Source: a virus (Duplodnaviria > Caudoviricetes). From it: 63,948 bases of DNA. This document shows, piece after piece, positions 19,297-27,952 of this stretch; position 1 is the first letter of the stretch; each line of letters begins with the position of its first letter. A program made the position numbers and the translations under genes. The DNA lies in the IMG/VR virus record IMGVR_UViG_3300046787_000415, positions 1-63,948 of that record. One strand, 5' to 3'. The notes under the pieces were generated by a model. The model was not told the origin of the DNA, made no database searches, and saw nothing but the letters and a program-made list of their open reading frames with translations.

Positions 19297-19736
19297 TTGA
19301 GTCCCTCACTGTCTTCAAATAGTTTACGTAGTTTTTCAACTACCTCTGGGTTAGGTGGCGCGTCTAGTGCTTCCTCCAACTGAGTAAACTCTTTGGCTGA
19401 AACAATGATCTGTTCTGGGATGAGACCGAACGCTTCGATCATCGCTTCGCGTTGACGTTCACGCACATCTGGCGGGGTTATATACTCTTCTATATGCGCA
19501 TCAAGATCTGCATGCTCATCGCGAATACGCTCAAAAGCTTTCTGTGGGACCTTATGCCCTAGAGCAACGTGCTCATCTAGGTGCGCCAAAGCTTCGCGAG
19601 CAGTGTTTAGATTGGCAAAGCCAACTATTTCGTAGTCTTCTGGTTCAGTGATGCTACACCCACAGCACTGGATAAATCCGTTAGCGTGCTCGAAGATGTA
19701 GACATCACTGCTATCACTCATACGTGCGTAACTCAT
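19293..19736 (-). CDS. hypothetical protein
   Basis: operon context. Confidence 0.65.
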   Translation of the reverse strand: MSYARMSDSSDVYIFEHANGFIQCCGCSITEPEDYEIVGFANLNTAREALAHLDEHVALGHKVPQKAFERIRDEHADLDAHIEEYITPPDVRERQREAMIEAFGLIPEQIIVSAKEFTQLEEALDAPPNPEVVEKLRKLFEDSEGLK

Positions 19737-20284
19737 AGTGCCAACTCCTGTCTCAAGTACTCAAAGCAATACAGACTCATCTTGGCATCCCAGCCAGCAT
19801 CGTGAGCATTCTCATAGCCAATCTTTTCAATTGCATACTCCTTAGAGCGCTTCTTCCAGGACTCGAAGTTTAAGTTGTTCCTACTATCAAGTACAAAGCA
19901 TAGAGCATTGAGATCTACAGTACGACGCGAGAACAGGGAGTATGTTAAAGGTAACGTCTCACGAACGAACGGCATGTCGAAAGCTCCAACATTCCACCCA
20001 ACGGGTACAGTTTTCATGCGACGGTTAGGTTTAGCGCCTTGACTTATTAAGAAGTCATATGCATTTTTATCGACTTCTTCAGAGTTAACATAGCTAGGTA
20101 GATCAGAGCGGGAGATTCCAGGAACAGCCACGGCCTCTTCATCCCACAGCATCTCGCCAGGATTAATCATTGCCAAATATGCTGAACCATCAGCGAGCGC
20201 AAGACCGATTTGAATCAGGCGTCCACCTTGCTCTAACTCACTGCTTGACATCTCTCCATCAAGCCCTACATACATGAAAGCCAT
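19733..20284 (-). CDS. DEDDh 3'-5' exonuclease
   Basis: LDGE (ExoI), N..AFD (ExoII), HDA..DA (ExoIII). Confidence 0.82.
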   Translation of the reverse strand: MAFMYVGLDGEMSSSELEQGGRLIQIGLALADGSAYLAMINPGEMLWDEEAVAVPGISRSDLPSYVNSEEVDKNAYDFLISQGAKPNRRMKTVPVGWNVGAFDMPFVRETLPLTYSLFSRRTVDLNALCFVLDSRNNLNFESWKKRSKEYAIEKIGYENAHDAGWDAKMSLYCFEYLRQELAL

Positions 20285-20512
20285 TTATATAACCCTTTCT
20301 GGTAGCGGTAGCTCAATGTAGGTAATAGGTTCCGACCTACGAGCCACCACCTTGCGAACATATCGATCAGCAGCTTTAATACTTCTACAGTATTTGATAG
20401 GGTGCCATCCACCACTTACTTCAGATTTACCTTGAACCCAACCAGCGCGTCTAGTCTCCCAGTCGCGCTTGAATCTAAATTCCGCGTAGGGTAGTCCATT
20501 TGGTAGTGTCAT
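20285..20512 (-). CDS. hypothetical protein
   Basis: operon context. Confidence 0.55.
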   Translation of the reverse strand: MTLPNGLPYAEFRFKRDWETRRAGWVQGKSEVSGGWHPIKYCRSIKAADRYVRKVVARRSEPITYIELPLPERVI

Positions 20513-20745
20513 TATTTTCCCTTCCCAGGCTTGACAATTTCATAGCCAATTTTAGCCATATCCGTTCGTAAGTGCTGGAAGAATCTCTTTCTATCCGAGG
20601 GGGTGGATGCTGAAATCACAAAGCTTCCTCCAGGGGATATCCACTTTAGGTGATCACCCTTAGTTTTTACTACGGTCCAACCCTGTCGCTCCGCAAGTTT
20701 CACAAACTCACGGATCTCTTTTATATGACTTATTTGGTAGCTCAT
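20512..20745 (-). CDS. HicA-like protein (dsRBD-like mRNA interferase fold)
   Basis: QGW.V..TKGDHLKW..P.G...STPSD pattern. Confidence 0.7.
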   Translation of the reverse strand: MSYQISHIKEIREFVKLAERQGWTVVKTKGDHLKWISPGGSFVISASTPSDRKRFFQHLRTDMAKIGYEIVKPGKGK

Positions 20746-21329
20746 TATCCCAGATACTCCATCTGACCAGCTTCAGCCATTTTAGTCAAACTCTTAGCTC
20801 TAGTATGCGAGACATCTTTCCATCCAGTACCACTCACATAGTTGTAGAGGACCGCGGTATCATCTTGATACCAACCACTAGGGATGTGAGAGAGCTCCTG
20901 CTCTTCTTCTATCTCTCCACTATCGATAGGGCCGTTTGGCTTTTTATTGCCATTACCGCCATAAGTAGCAATCTTGCTAGTCCCAGCAATCTCAACCCAA
21001 TTAGGATTACTCATGTCATTAGCTTTTAGCCAATAGAGTTTTCCCTCTTTGCGACGGACATAAACCATTTCACCTTCGTGAGGGATTAGCTTGTCTGCCC
21101 ATGAAAAGTCAGGCTCTACTTTAGATGTCTTGGGCAATACTCCAGCACTACCACCAATAGGCATCCAAGTAGTGCCATCACTAACATAAGTACTGGAGTC
21201 TTTGGTCAGGAAGAATAATTCGCCAACACTGCCAGCAGTTTTAGGTAGTTCATCGCCAAGAGCCATTCCTAGCTTGACGGTAGGGTCTGCAGGGAGATCA
21301 ACTCCACGATGCGCTTTAGTAGTTTCCAT
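20745..21329 (-). CDS. hypothetical protein
   Basis: start refined to ATG 6 nt after the -10 box. Confidence 0.65.
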   Translation of the reverse strand: METTKAHRGVDLPADPTVKLGMALGDELPKTAGSVGELFFLTKDSSTYVSDGTTWMPIGGSAGVLPKTSKVEPDFSWADKLIPHEGEMVYVRRKEGKLYWLKANDMSNPNWVEIAGTSKIATYGGNGNKKPNGPIDSGEIEEEQELSHIPSGWYQDDTAVLYNYVSGTGWKDVSHTRAKSLTKMAEAGQMEYLG

Positions 21330-21335
21330 AGTCAA

Positions 21336-21364
21336 ACTATAGAACTAAAAATTTAATATGTCAA
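21336..21364 (-). promoter_or_regulatory. SigA-type promoter, leaderless; heads the long leftward operon
   Basis: TTGACA-N17-TATAGT-N6-ATG(21329). Confidence 0.75.
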
Positions 21365-21607
21365 CTATTCAGAAAGATCTATTTGATACTTCTCAGCAAG
21401 CTCTAGCCAGAGCCACTCTAGGATTGCCCCAGCGGTATCATCGCCAGAGGCATATTTATCTGCCATCGCCTCGCGTATAAGCTGAAATAGCTCTATACGG
21501 GCTTTAACCTCGCCAAGCTTTACTGAAGATCTAATTAACATCTCGGCTCTAGTTCCGAGGATCATCATATCTGATTCAAGCTCGCCAGGTAGATCTTTGG
21601 CATCCAT
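21365..21607 (-). CDS. hypothetical protein
   Basis: GG-TAAAAT-N6-ATG leaderless start. Confidence 0.65.
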   Translation of the reverse strand: MDAKDLPGELESDMMILGTRAEMLIRSSVKLGEVKARIELFQLIREAMADKYASGDDTAGAILEWLWLELAEKYQIDLSE

Positions 21608-21627
21608 CTACCAATTTTACCAAAGTA

Positions 21628-21703
21628 TGGAGCCCCCGACAGGATTCGAACCTGCGACTTCAATATTACAAGTATTGCACTCTACCAACTGAGTTACAAG
21701 GGC
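21628..21703 (-). tRNA. tRNA-Thr(UGU)
   Basis: hand-folded cloverleaf GCCCTTG...CT-TGT-AA...TTCGAAT...CGGGGGC-T-CCA. Confidence 0.93.
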
Positions 21704-21705
21704 GG

Positions 21706-21761
21706 GCGAGGTAGTCCGCATAGCGAAAGGACAGTATCTGCAGCCTGACCCGCTACCTCGC
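21706..21761 (-). ncRNA. stem-closed structured element E1 between tRNA-Asp and tRNA-Thr
   Basis: GCGAGGTAG/CTACCTCGC 9-bp stem; core GGGTCAGGCTGCAGATACT shared with 41232-41281. Confidence 0.4.
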
Positions 21762-21834
21762 GATCCTGACCAGACTTGAACTGGCGACCTTCTCCGTGAC
21801 AGGGAGACGCGCTAACCAACTGCGCCACAGGACC
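21761..21834 (-). tRNA. tRNA-Asp(GUC)
   Basis: cloverleaf with TCTCC-CT-GTC-AC-GGAGA; CCA not encoded. Confidence 0.93.
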
Positions 21835-21858
21835 TTACTTCTTTATTCTATTATATAG

Positions 21859-21931
21859 TCCGCCTAGTAGGACTCGAACCTACAACCTTGAAGGTAGAAA
21901 CTTCCTGCGCTATCCGTTGCGCCATAGACGG
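21859..21931 (-). tRNA. tRNA-Arg(UCU)
   Basis: cloverleaf with loop TT-TCT-AC. Confidence 0.88.
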
Positions 21932-21932
21932 T

Positions 21933-22008
21933 TGGTACTCCAGGTGGGACTCGAACCCACACTGTAGCGATTTTAAGTCGCCCTTCTCTGCCATTGGAAT
22001 ACTGGAGC
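21933..22008 (-). tRNA. tRNA-Leu(UAA), short variable arm
   Basis: GGCGA-CT-TAA-AA-TCGCT; 5-nt variable loop; encoded CCA. Confidence 0.88.
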
Positions 22009-22009
22009 G

Positions 22010-22083
22010 TACTGCGACTGGGGCTTGAACCCAGATACCCCACCTTATAAGAGTGGTTCCTTGACCAATTAGGATATCGCAGA
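22010..22083 (-). tRNA. tRNA-Ile(UAU)
   Basis: CCACT-CT-TAT-AA-GGTGG; discriminator A; U1:U72 mismatch. Confidence 0.82.
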
Positions 22084-22084
22084 G

Positions 22085-22158
22085 TCGAGACTGTGGGACT
22101 TGAACCCACGACCGACGGATTATGAGTCCGCTGCTCTAACCAGCTGAGCTAAGTCTCG
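22085..22158 (-). tRNA. tRNA with CAU anticodon (elongator Met or lysidine-modified Ile2)
   Basis: GCGGA-CT-CAT-AA-TCCGT; paired C1-G72. Confidence 0.88.
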
Positions 22159-22214
22159 TAGTTACTATATTTATCTACTTATCAAGTAGATCATTTGAAA
22201 ATATAAAAGTCAAA

Positions 22215-23207
22215 TCAGCGCTCCGATATTTTTTTGTGAAGCATCTCCGCGAGATGGGTATGCATATGCACCCCCATGTGCCTCGCCTTATCTAACGCGT
22301 AGTCCCAGTCAGAGTTATGGGGCAGATCTTGGTGACACTCGGTTACTAGATTTGCACTCCTAAGAAGAAGATCTAAGTCCTCTAATACTATGTAGTCCGA
22401 CATATCTAGAGTGTTATCATATCTAGTTGCAGTATCTAGAGTTTTAGCTTTCTTCTCCGATAAAAATCTATCTGTGTCTGGATACCATGTAGTCAGTACA
22501 AGTTTTATCTTTGCTGCCTTACAGTAATCAATCAAATGATTTATAGACATCATCGACATATATAGGACTGCTTCGTAGGAAATAACTTTAGTTATGTCAT
22601 ACGGACGTTTACTATATGTTGGCCAATTTATGACGTCATCGGCTTCGCTCCCAGAGGGGGTCATGTTCATGTCAAAAGGTATAACTTTACTATAGCTAGG
22701 GTATGTAGTTTTCTCGACCCTATGCGGCTCACCCCCTGGACCAGTGTATGGGTATGAATTTATGTCTACCCTGATAGGTAGGCTAAATCTATATAAGCTA
22801 GGTAAATTTACGCATATAATTTTTGGTACACCATACTCTCGTATGTAAGCAAAAATTAAGTTAATTATAGTTTGATTACCCGCACCAGGCTTCGCTACAT
22901 TTGCGTAAGACATACCCAAAGACGCCGCTAAAATTGCTGGCCAAGTATCACTGTCGTTTTGAATACCAGTGCCAAACGTCTGAGAACAGCCAGCTACAAG
23001 TAGTTCAGTAGATCCTAATTCTGGACCACGAAAACCTCTAGAGTTTAGATTGTACGTAACTGGATCACCTGATTCGTCAGACCTATCAGTACTGGTTCCA
23101 AGCAGGGTAAATTCTGTAAGTTTTCTATACAGCTGATTATCATTAAATACATCTTTAGATAGCTGATCATACTCATATGCATAAGTCTTATCATCACGTT
23201 TAGGCAT
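22215..23207 (-). CDS. SGNH-like family protein, paralog 3 of 6
   Basis: NSRGFRGPEL, AGCSQTFGTG, NVAKPG, D..RHMGVHMHTHLA. Confidence 0.7.
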   Translation of the reverse strand: MPKRDDKTYAYEYDQLSKDVFNDNQLYRKLTEFTLLGTSTDRSDESGDPVTYNLNSRGFRGPELGSTELLVAGCSQTFGTGIQNDSDTWPAILAASLGMSYANVAKPGAGNQTIINLIFAYIREYGVPKIICVNLPSLYRFSLPIRVDINSYPYTGPGGEPHRVEKTTYPSYSKVIPFDMNMTPSGSEADDVINWPTYSKRPYDITKVISYEAVLYMSMMSINHLIDYCKAAKIKLVLTTWYPDTDRFLSEKKAKTLDTATRYDNTLDMSDYIVLEDLDLLLRSANLVTECHQDLPHNSDWDYALDKARHMGVHMHTHLAEMLHKKISER

Positions 23208-23217
23208 AAATCATCTC

Positions 23218-23718
23218 CTAGCTAGTCAGGACACTAGATGACGGAGCAAGATGAGTGACCCAGTAATAGTTGCAACGCTCGCAACAAGGTTCATTATTTT
23301 TATCAGTGACAGCTGTAACAAATCCGTGATAGTAATCTGGATCTTTACGATACAAGTTTGCTTTATGGGTAGCAGTTACTCTAGCCATCTCGGACTTACT
23401 TCCGTACCATGACGGTCTACCGTTTCCCCAGCGCTCAATGGTTCTTACGCGCAGTTGAATTAGGTTCTCCTTGTTTTTGTCCGTCTTAATTCCACGGCGG
23501 TCTGCTTCAGCAATCATCGCCATGATGTACTCAAACAATGCATTTTCATGTCCACGCCACATTTTTACTGCAGGGTGGTTGCGCCAACCCGCACGCGGGT
23601 CATCACTCATGAGGACATTCATTATTTGGTAGCCCTCTAGAATCTGTTTGTTGAGGCGCTTCGAATCCAAAGCGTGAGCTGACTTATCAAAGTCTTTATA
23701 AGGTAGGAACGTTTGCAT
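23218..23718 (-). CDS. pyrimidine-dimer DNA glycosylase / endonuclease V family (MSMEG_6728-like)
   Basis: MQTFLPY...LD.KRL.KQ..E...NHPAVKMWRG.E. Confidence 0.85.
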   Translation of the reverse strand: MQTFLPYKDFDKSAHALDSKRLNKQILEGYQIMNVLMSDDPRAGWRNHPAVKMWRGHENALFEYIMAMIAEADRRGIKTDKNKENLIQLRVRTIERWGNGRPSWYGSKSEMARVTATHKANLYRKDPDYYHGFVTAVTDKNNEPCCERCNYYWVTHLAPSSSVLTS

Positions 23719-23784
23719 ATCTATCTTTCTCTATATCTACATATAAATATATACGTAAATATATAATATGTCAAATACTAAAGA

Positions 23785-24150
23785 CTATTCTCCATTAGAG
23801 ATATCTCGGAATCTTTCGGGAAGGTTTTTACCAGACTCTTCTAAGTCAGTTGGCTCATCCTCTGATTCCGAGTCATCACCTTCTACAGCCTCAAACATGT
23901 CGTCTAGGGTTTCGTAAGCCGTATCCTCGTCGTCTAGCTCTAGCCCCTCCAGGAGTAGGTAGAAAGTCTCTTCGATAAACCTTCTAGCGGTCTCAGTCTC
24001 TTCGACAATTTCATTAGATATGACATAAGCGAGCGGTAGGCCTATATCGTTGTATTCGATAAAATCAGCGAAGTCTGGATCACTGCGGTAGTTGAGCCAC
24101 AGGTCAGCAAGAATACTGCACTTGTCTTCAAAACTAGTCTTCGAGGCCAT
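23785..24150 (-). CDS. hypothetical acidic protein
   Basis: operon context. Confidence 0.7.
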   Translation of the reverse strand: MASKTSFEDKCSILADLWLNYRSDPDFADFIEYNDIGLPLAYVISNEIVEETETARRFIEETFYLLLEGLELDDEDTAYETLDDMFEAVEGDDSESEDEPTDLEESGKNLPERFRDISNGE

Positions 24151-24295
24151 TAGAGATCCTAAAGAACTTGATGTCAGTCTCAGCTTGCTTGGCCATTTCG
24201 GTGCCCATCTTCATAAGAAGCTTGGCTACCTCCAGCTTTGCGTAAATCTCAGACACCTGGTCTGTAGAGTATTTAAACCCGTTTTGCTCTTCCAT
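24134..24295 (-). CDS. small hypothetical protein (53 aa, not in ORF track)
   Basis: hand translation MEEQNGFKYS...NGLED; GGGAGGA RBS. Confidence 0.55.
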   Translation of the reverse strand: MEEQNGFKYSTDQVSEIYAKLEVAKLLMKMGTEMAKQAETDIKFFRISNGLED

Positions 24296-24322
24296 GGATT
24301 CCTCCCAGCCGAGCTACAGAGA

Positions 24323-24571
24323 CTATTCGTCTTCTACTACTCCAGCTAACTTTCTAATTATGTGGATCGTCAGTTTGGCGTCCTCTTCAGAGCCTAGCAG
24401 GCTATTCTCTAAATTGTCAAGTAGCTCTAACCATCTATCTTTTTCGGCAATCTCCCCTAGAGTAAATCCAAATTCACAGGCTCTATCCACGGCCAACCTT
24501 ACGTCTTCCGTTTGTATAGCATCTATGACACCAGATATATCCATATAGTATGGCTCACGGCTATTTGACAT
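24323..24571 (-). CDS. hypothetical protein
   Basis: operon context. Confidence 0.6.
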   Translation of the reverse strand: MSNSREPYYMDISGVIDAIQTEDVRLAVDRACEFGFTLGEIAEKDRWLELLDNLENSLLGSEEDAKLTIHIIRKLAGVVEDE

Positions 24572-25592
24572 AGGTGCCCTCTAACTCTTTATAAAAGGCA
24601 TCAGCACAGTGGGCGTACACATGAACCCCAGGGTGGGAATACTCTATCCCCTCAGGATGCCTATCATCTCCTATATAGAAATGATCTGGGTAGCTATCCA
24701 ACAAAGACTGATGACACGCACTTAATGCGCAATCAGTACAGTCTCCCTCTGCATGGGACGCTAGGCATGAATTTCTAGTCTCCCAGTCTGGGTAGCAGAT
24801 ATATCTAGATAGAGTAGTTGATACCGAAGAGGCCAAAGAATTACTAATTTTTTTCGAGTAGCTTTCAAACTTTAAAAATTCATAGCTATCTAAGCGCTCT
24901 ATAAGTTCTACAAACCCATGAGACCAGGTTCCCCAGATAAATTTTATATTCGAGGATTTACAGTACTGCTCTAGATGTCTTATTGCTCTAATACTTGCAT
25001 ACAGAGCCGCATCTACGCTAACTGCTTCCTCGGGAGATATAGGTTTTTTCACTATTTTTGTAGAAGTAACTAGATCGTAATTATGGTTAGTGTATAAAGT
25101 CTTAAAGTATTTACTTGACTTATAAGACCTAGTAGACATGACGCCATCTTCACCATCTACCCGTGAAGCGAGGATGTTACCATCGATAGGAACTGTAATC
25201 CTATAAGGGTCAGGAAATACAATCGCAAGATATTTAGGATTTTCATATCTAGAAAAATAGATAAATAGCTCGTCCACTAATCTGTCAATAGCTATTCCAG
25301 GAGATGCCAGCGTAGAGAAGGATTCGGTCCCTAGCCGCCCAGCAAGCAGGTCCCCCCATCTACCATCATTTGGCACTCCCGTTGCACTTGTGTACGAGCA
25401 CCCAGCAATTAGTAATTCAGTGCCCACAGAGAATTCATTAGATCTATATCCTAAAGAATTACGTCTAGTTTTAGGATCAGAGTCGTAGGTATTCAGCGGC
25501 CCTGGATCTCTAGCAGTGGAACTACTAAAAAACTTACCACCATATAGATACGTGAGGTAGTCATCGTATCTATCAAAATCTATAGACACCAC
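24561..25592 (-). CDS. SGNH-like family protein, paralog 4 of 6
   Basis: NSLGYRSNEF, AGCSYTSATG, HPGVHVYAHCA; start overlaps the thyX stop. Confidence 0.7.
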   Translation of the reverse strand: MVSIDFDRYDDYLTYLYGGKFFSSSTARDPGPLNTYDSDPKTRRNSLGYRSNEFSVGTELLIAGCSYTSATGVPNDGRWGDLLAGRLGTESFSTLASPGIAIDRLVDELFIYFSRYENPKYLAIVFPDPYRITVPIDGNILASRVDGEDGVMSTRSYKSSKYFKTLYTNHNYDLVTSTKIVKKPISPEEAVSVDAALYASIRAIRHLEQYCKSSNIKFIWGTWSHGFVELIERLDSYEFLKFESYSKKISNSLASSVSTTLSRYICYPDWETRNSCLASHAEGDCTDCALSACHQSLLDSYPDHFYIGDDRHPEGIEYSHPGVHVYAHCADAFYKELEGTYVK

Positions 25593-26302
25593 TATGGAGC
25601 TACTCGACCATTTTTATTGAAGGTTTCGTAAGTGATAGGCATCTTCTCAGCGAAGAACTCTTCCATCTTCTCAGCAACCATCTCGATCTCCCGCTGAGGA
25701 AAGCTAGGAAAGTGGGTACCTTCACGAGTTGTACGTAGTGATAGGAAGTTCATAAGTGAGCGAGCATTCATAGTTACATACATAGACGAGTAGATGTTGA
25801 CTGGAAGTACTGCACGAGCAACTTCACGAGCAACTCCAGCCTTTAGCATTCTGGTATATGCCAGATATGCATCGTCATTAGCTCGCATAATTTCTGCTGG
25901 CACCATCTTCTTCTGAGAATAGTCACCATCTTCAAAGGTGTAGGCTCCAGCCTTACCAACCTGAACTAACTTTCGATCTTCTCCAGGCACGTAGAAAACT
26001 GGGCTTAGCTCCTTGTAACGTCCAGATTCTTCGTTGTAGCTGGCAATTCGGTGACGCATGAACTCACGGAACACAAAGATTGGAGCTTCAATAAAGAAGG
26101 TAAATGCGTTGTGCTCAAACGGTGAACCGTGACGGTCACGCATCAGGTAGTTGATTAGTCCTTCTTCTTTGGTTCCCATATCAACATTGCGACTATCACT
26201 GCTAGTAGACACACGAGCGCTGCGAACAACTGCATCATCTCCACCCATTGATTGAATAAGCTCGACGGTAACGTCAGATCTAAATGTAATTCCAGTAGTC
26301 AT
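25592..26302 (-). CDS. thyX: flavin-dependent thymidylate synthase
   Basis: HGSPFEH and RHR...YNEESGRY signature. Confidence 0.95.
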   Translation of the reverse strand: MTTGITFRSDVTVELIQSMGGDDAVVRSARVSTSSDSRNVDMGTKEEGLINYLMRDRHGSPFEHNAFTFFIEAPIFVFREFMRHRIASYNEESGRYKELSPVFYVPGEDRKLVQVGKAGAYTFEDGDYSQKKMVPAEIMRANDDAYLAYTRMLKAGVAREVARAVLPVNIYSSMYVTMNARSLMNFLSLRTTREGTHFPSFPQREIEMVAEKMEEFFAEKMPITYETFNKNGRVAP

Positions 26303-26316
26303 AGGAATATCCTAAC

Positions 26317-26850
26317 CTACTGAAGCCCACACTGGGGGGCGTTATATGAATCCTCTAGGGTCTTCTTCCTTTGAGATGCTAACTTAACTAAATACCACTC
26401 ATCTAGTAGTCCAATAAGACTATGCACTGTATCGCAGTAAGTTATAGTAGTTCCGCCCTCATCGGCGGCGGCTTCAAGTATCCCCGCGTACTTTTCTGCA
26501 TATACCCTACTTGTTATGTAGGTACGATAGCCCTTCTTAATCAAATGGATTAAAGTCTCCAGATACCTATCTACATCGTCTACAGCTTCAACAATAATGT
26601 CATGTCCATTGGAGTCGAGTAGCCAATCTCTGTCGTTACCTATACTTGACTCTTTTTTAGTTTTTTGGTGCCCGTCATTTAGAACATTCGCATAATTACC
26701 GTCAGTAAGTTGGTATCGATAAACTAGGTCACTGTCTAGCAGGGAGGCATCATCTACGTACGTGGTATGGATTCGAATACCCTCAGTGTCTGAATCTCTT
26801 TTCTTATAGTATGGAAGTTGTTTAAATTCTGACGTAAAAGATCTAGCCAT
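26317..26850 (-). CDS. hypothetical protein
   Basis: GGAGG RBS before MARSF. Confidence 0.6.
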   Translation of the reverse strand: MARSFTSEFKQLPYYKKRDSDTEGIRIHTTYVDDASLLDSDLVYRYQLTDGNYANVLNDGHQKTKKESSIGNDRDWLLDSNGHDIIVEAVDDVDRYLETLIHLIKKGYRTYITSRVYAEKYAGILEAAADEGGTTITYCDTVHSLIGLLDEWYLVKLASQRKKTLEDSYNAPQCGLQ

Positions 26851-26875
26851 CTCGGTTCCTCCGAGTACACAGACG

Positions 26876-27952
26876 CTAATTAGCATTATTCATCTTTCTG
26901 TATGTGAATACAATTGTTTCCAGCCCAGCATGTATCTCTCTTTTAGCTGGTGAATTTATCTTAGGTCTGTAGGAAAAAGAAGAGTATTCAGTGCCACCAA
27001 GTAGTTCTATAGCTGATAGCCCGTCGTTAGTGAGCACAGCTAGAGTACCAGAGTGTACGTATTCTATTACGTAATCACTTTCGGGTTCTGGCATTGGTAC
27101 AGCTTCATCAGATAAGTATTTGTAGTATTTAACAGAGTCAATTTCCAACTCAGGGGCTAGGAACTCCTTAGCAGCCAACTGCTCCGTGTGATGCCACCCA
27201 AAAAAGTATTCAAGCATGCCATGAGTAACTACTAGACAATCATGTTTAGCATCGTAGGTTTCAACTCTAGAATAAGCTTCACTATCTTCTCCATTTATAA
27301 CAAATCTATTTATTAACTCTCGATCAAAGTCTGGTATCGCAGCAAAAATAGAGTAGTGGTCAATAGCTGTAGCACCAGTAGGGTTACCCCCATGGATGAT
27401 CTGATTCTGCCGATTAATTTGGTGGTACCTAGCCATTTTAATTTCAGCCTCGGCATTCAGCTGGGACGCCTCCCTAAGCATCTCGCTACTAAAATCTACT
27501 GGTTCCCAGGGTTCTCCACCGTCTAGCATTATTCTAATTTTAGAGATTGTAGCCTCTGCTCCGATGACACTAGCAGGTATTATTCTAAGATCCCCCTCTG
27601 CTGACTTCAGTAATTCAGCTAGCAAAGAATATGATTCTTGAGTTCTATTGGTGCAGTCAATAATAATCTGAAAAGCTCCAGCCTTTGCCTCTTCTAGTAG
27701 CCAAGGCTTGTAGTTGCTCACTGTAGTTGCATACGTGTCTAGACCCTGTAGTCCGTCATTGTAAGTTCTGTACCCATCCCCATGGGGATCGGGAATTTCT
27801 ACTACAAGATCTTTGCCATAGCTGAGAGAGTTTCTACGAGTAAATATGTGATAGACAAATATTTTATCGTCTAGCCCATACTCAGGGAATCTCTTTATAT
27901 GGTCAGTAATTTTCCTAGCAAGAGGTCCAAATCCGACTATAAGGATTCTCAT
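26876..27952 (-). CDS. protein with N-terminal Rossmann-like NAD(P)-binding motif
   Basis: MRILIVGFGPLA and IIIDCT; C-terminal half unassigned. Confidence 0.55.
   Translation of the reverse strand: MRILIVGFGPLARKITDHIKRFPEYGLDDKIFVYHIFTRRNSLSYGKDLVVEIPDPHGDGYRTYNDGLQGLDTYATTVSNYKPWLLEEAKAGAFQIIIDCTNRTQESYSLLAELLKSAEGDLRIIPASVIGAEATISKIRIMLDGGEPWEPVDFSSEMLREASQLNAEAEIKMARYHQINRQNQIIHGGNPTGATAIDHYSIFAAIPDFDRELINRFVINGEDSEAYSRVETYDAKHDCLVVTHGMLEYFFGWHHTEQLAAKEFLAPELEIDSVKYYKYLSDEAVPMPEPESDYVIEYVHSGTLAVLTNDGLSAIELLGGTEYSSFSYRPKINSPAKREIHAGLETIVFTYRKMNNAN

Noticed and set aside
21704-21761. Theta/HDV-like or hammerhead ribozyme at tRNA 3' ends
   Set aside because: I could not build the nested double pseudoknot or the CUGANGA/GAAA core by hand; kept only as an unknown motif
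21864-22109. 81-aa ORF
   Set aside because: It runs through four tRNA genes; spurious
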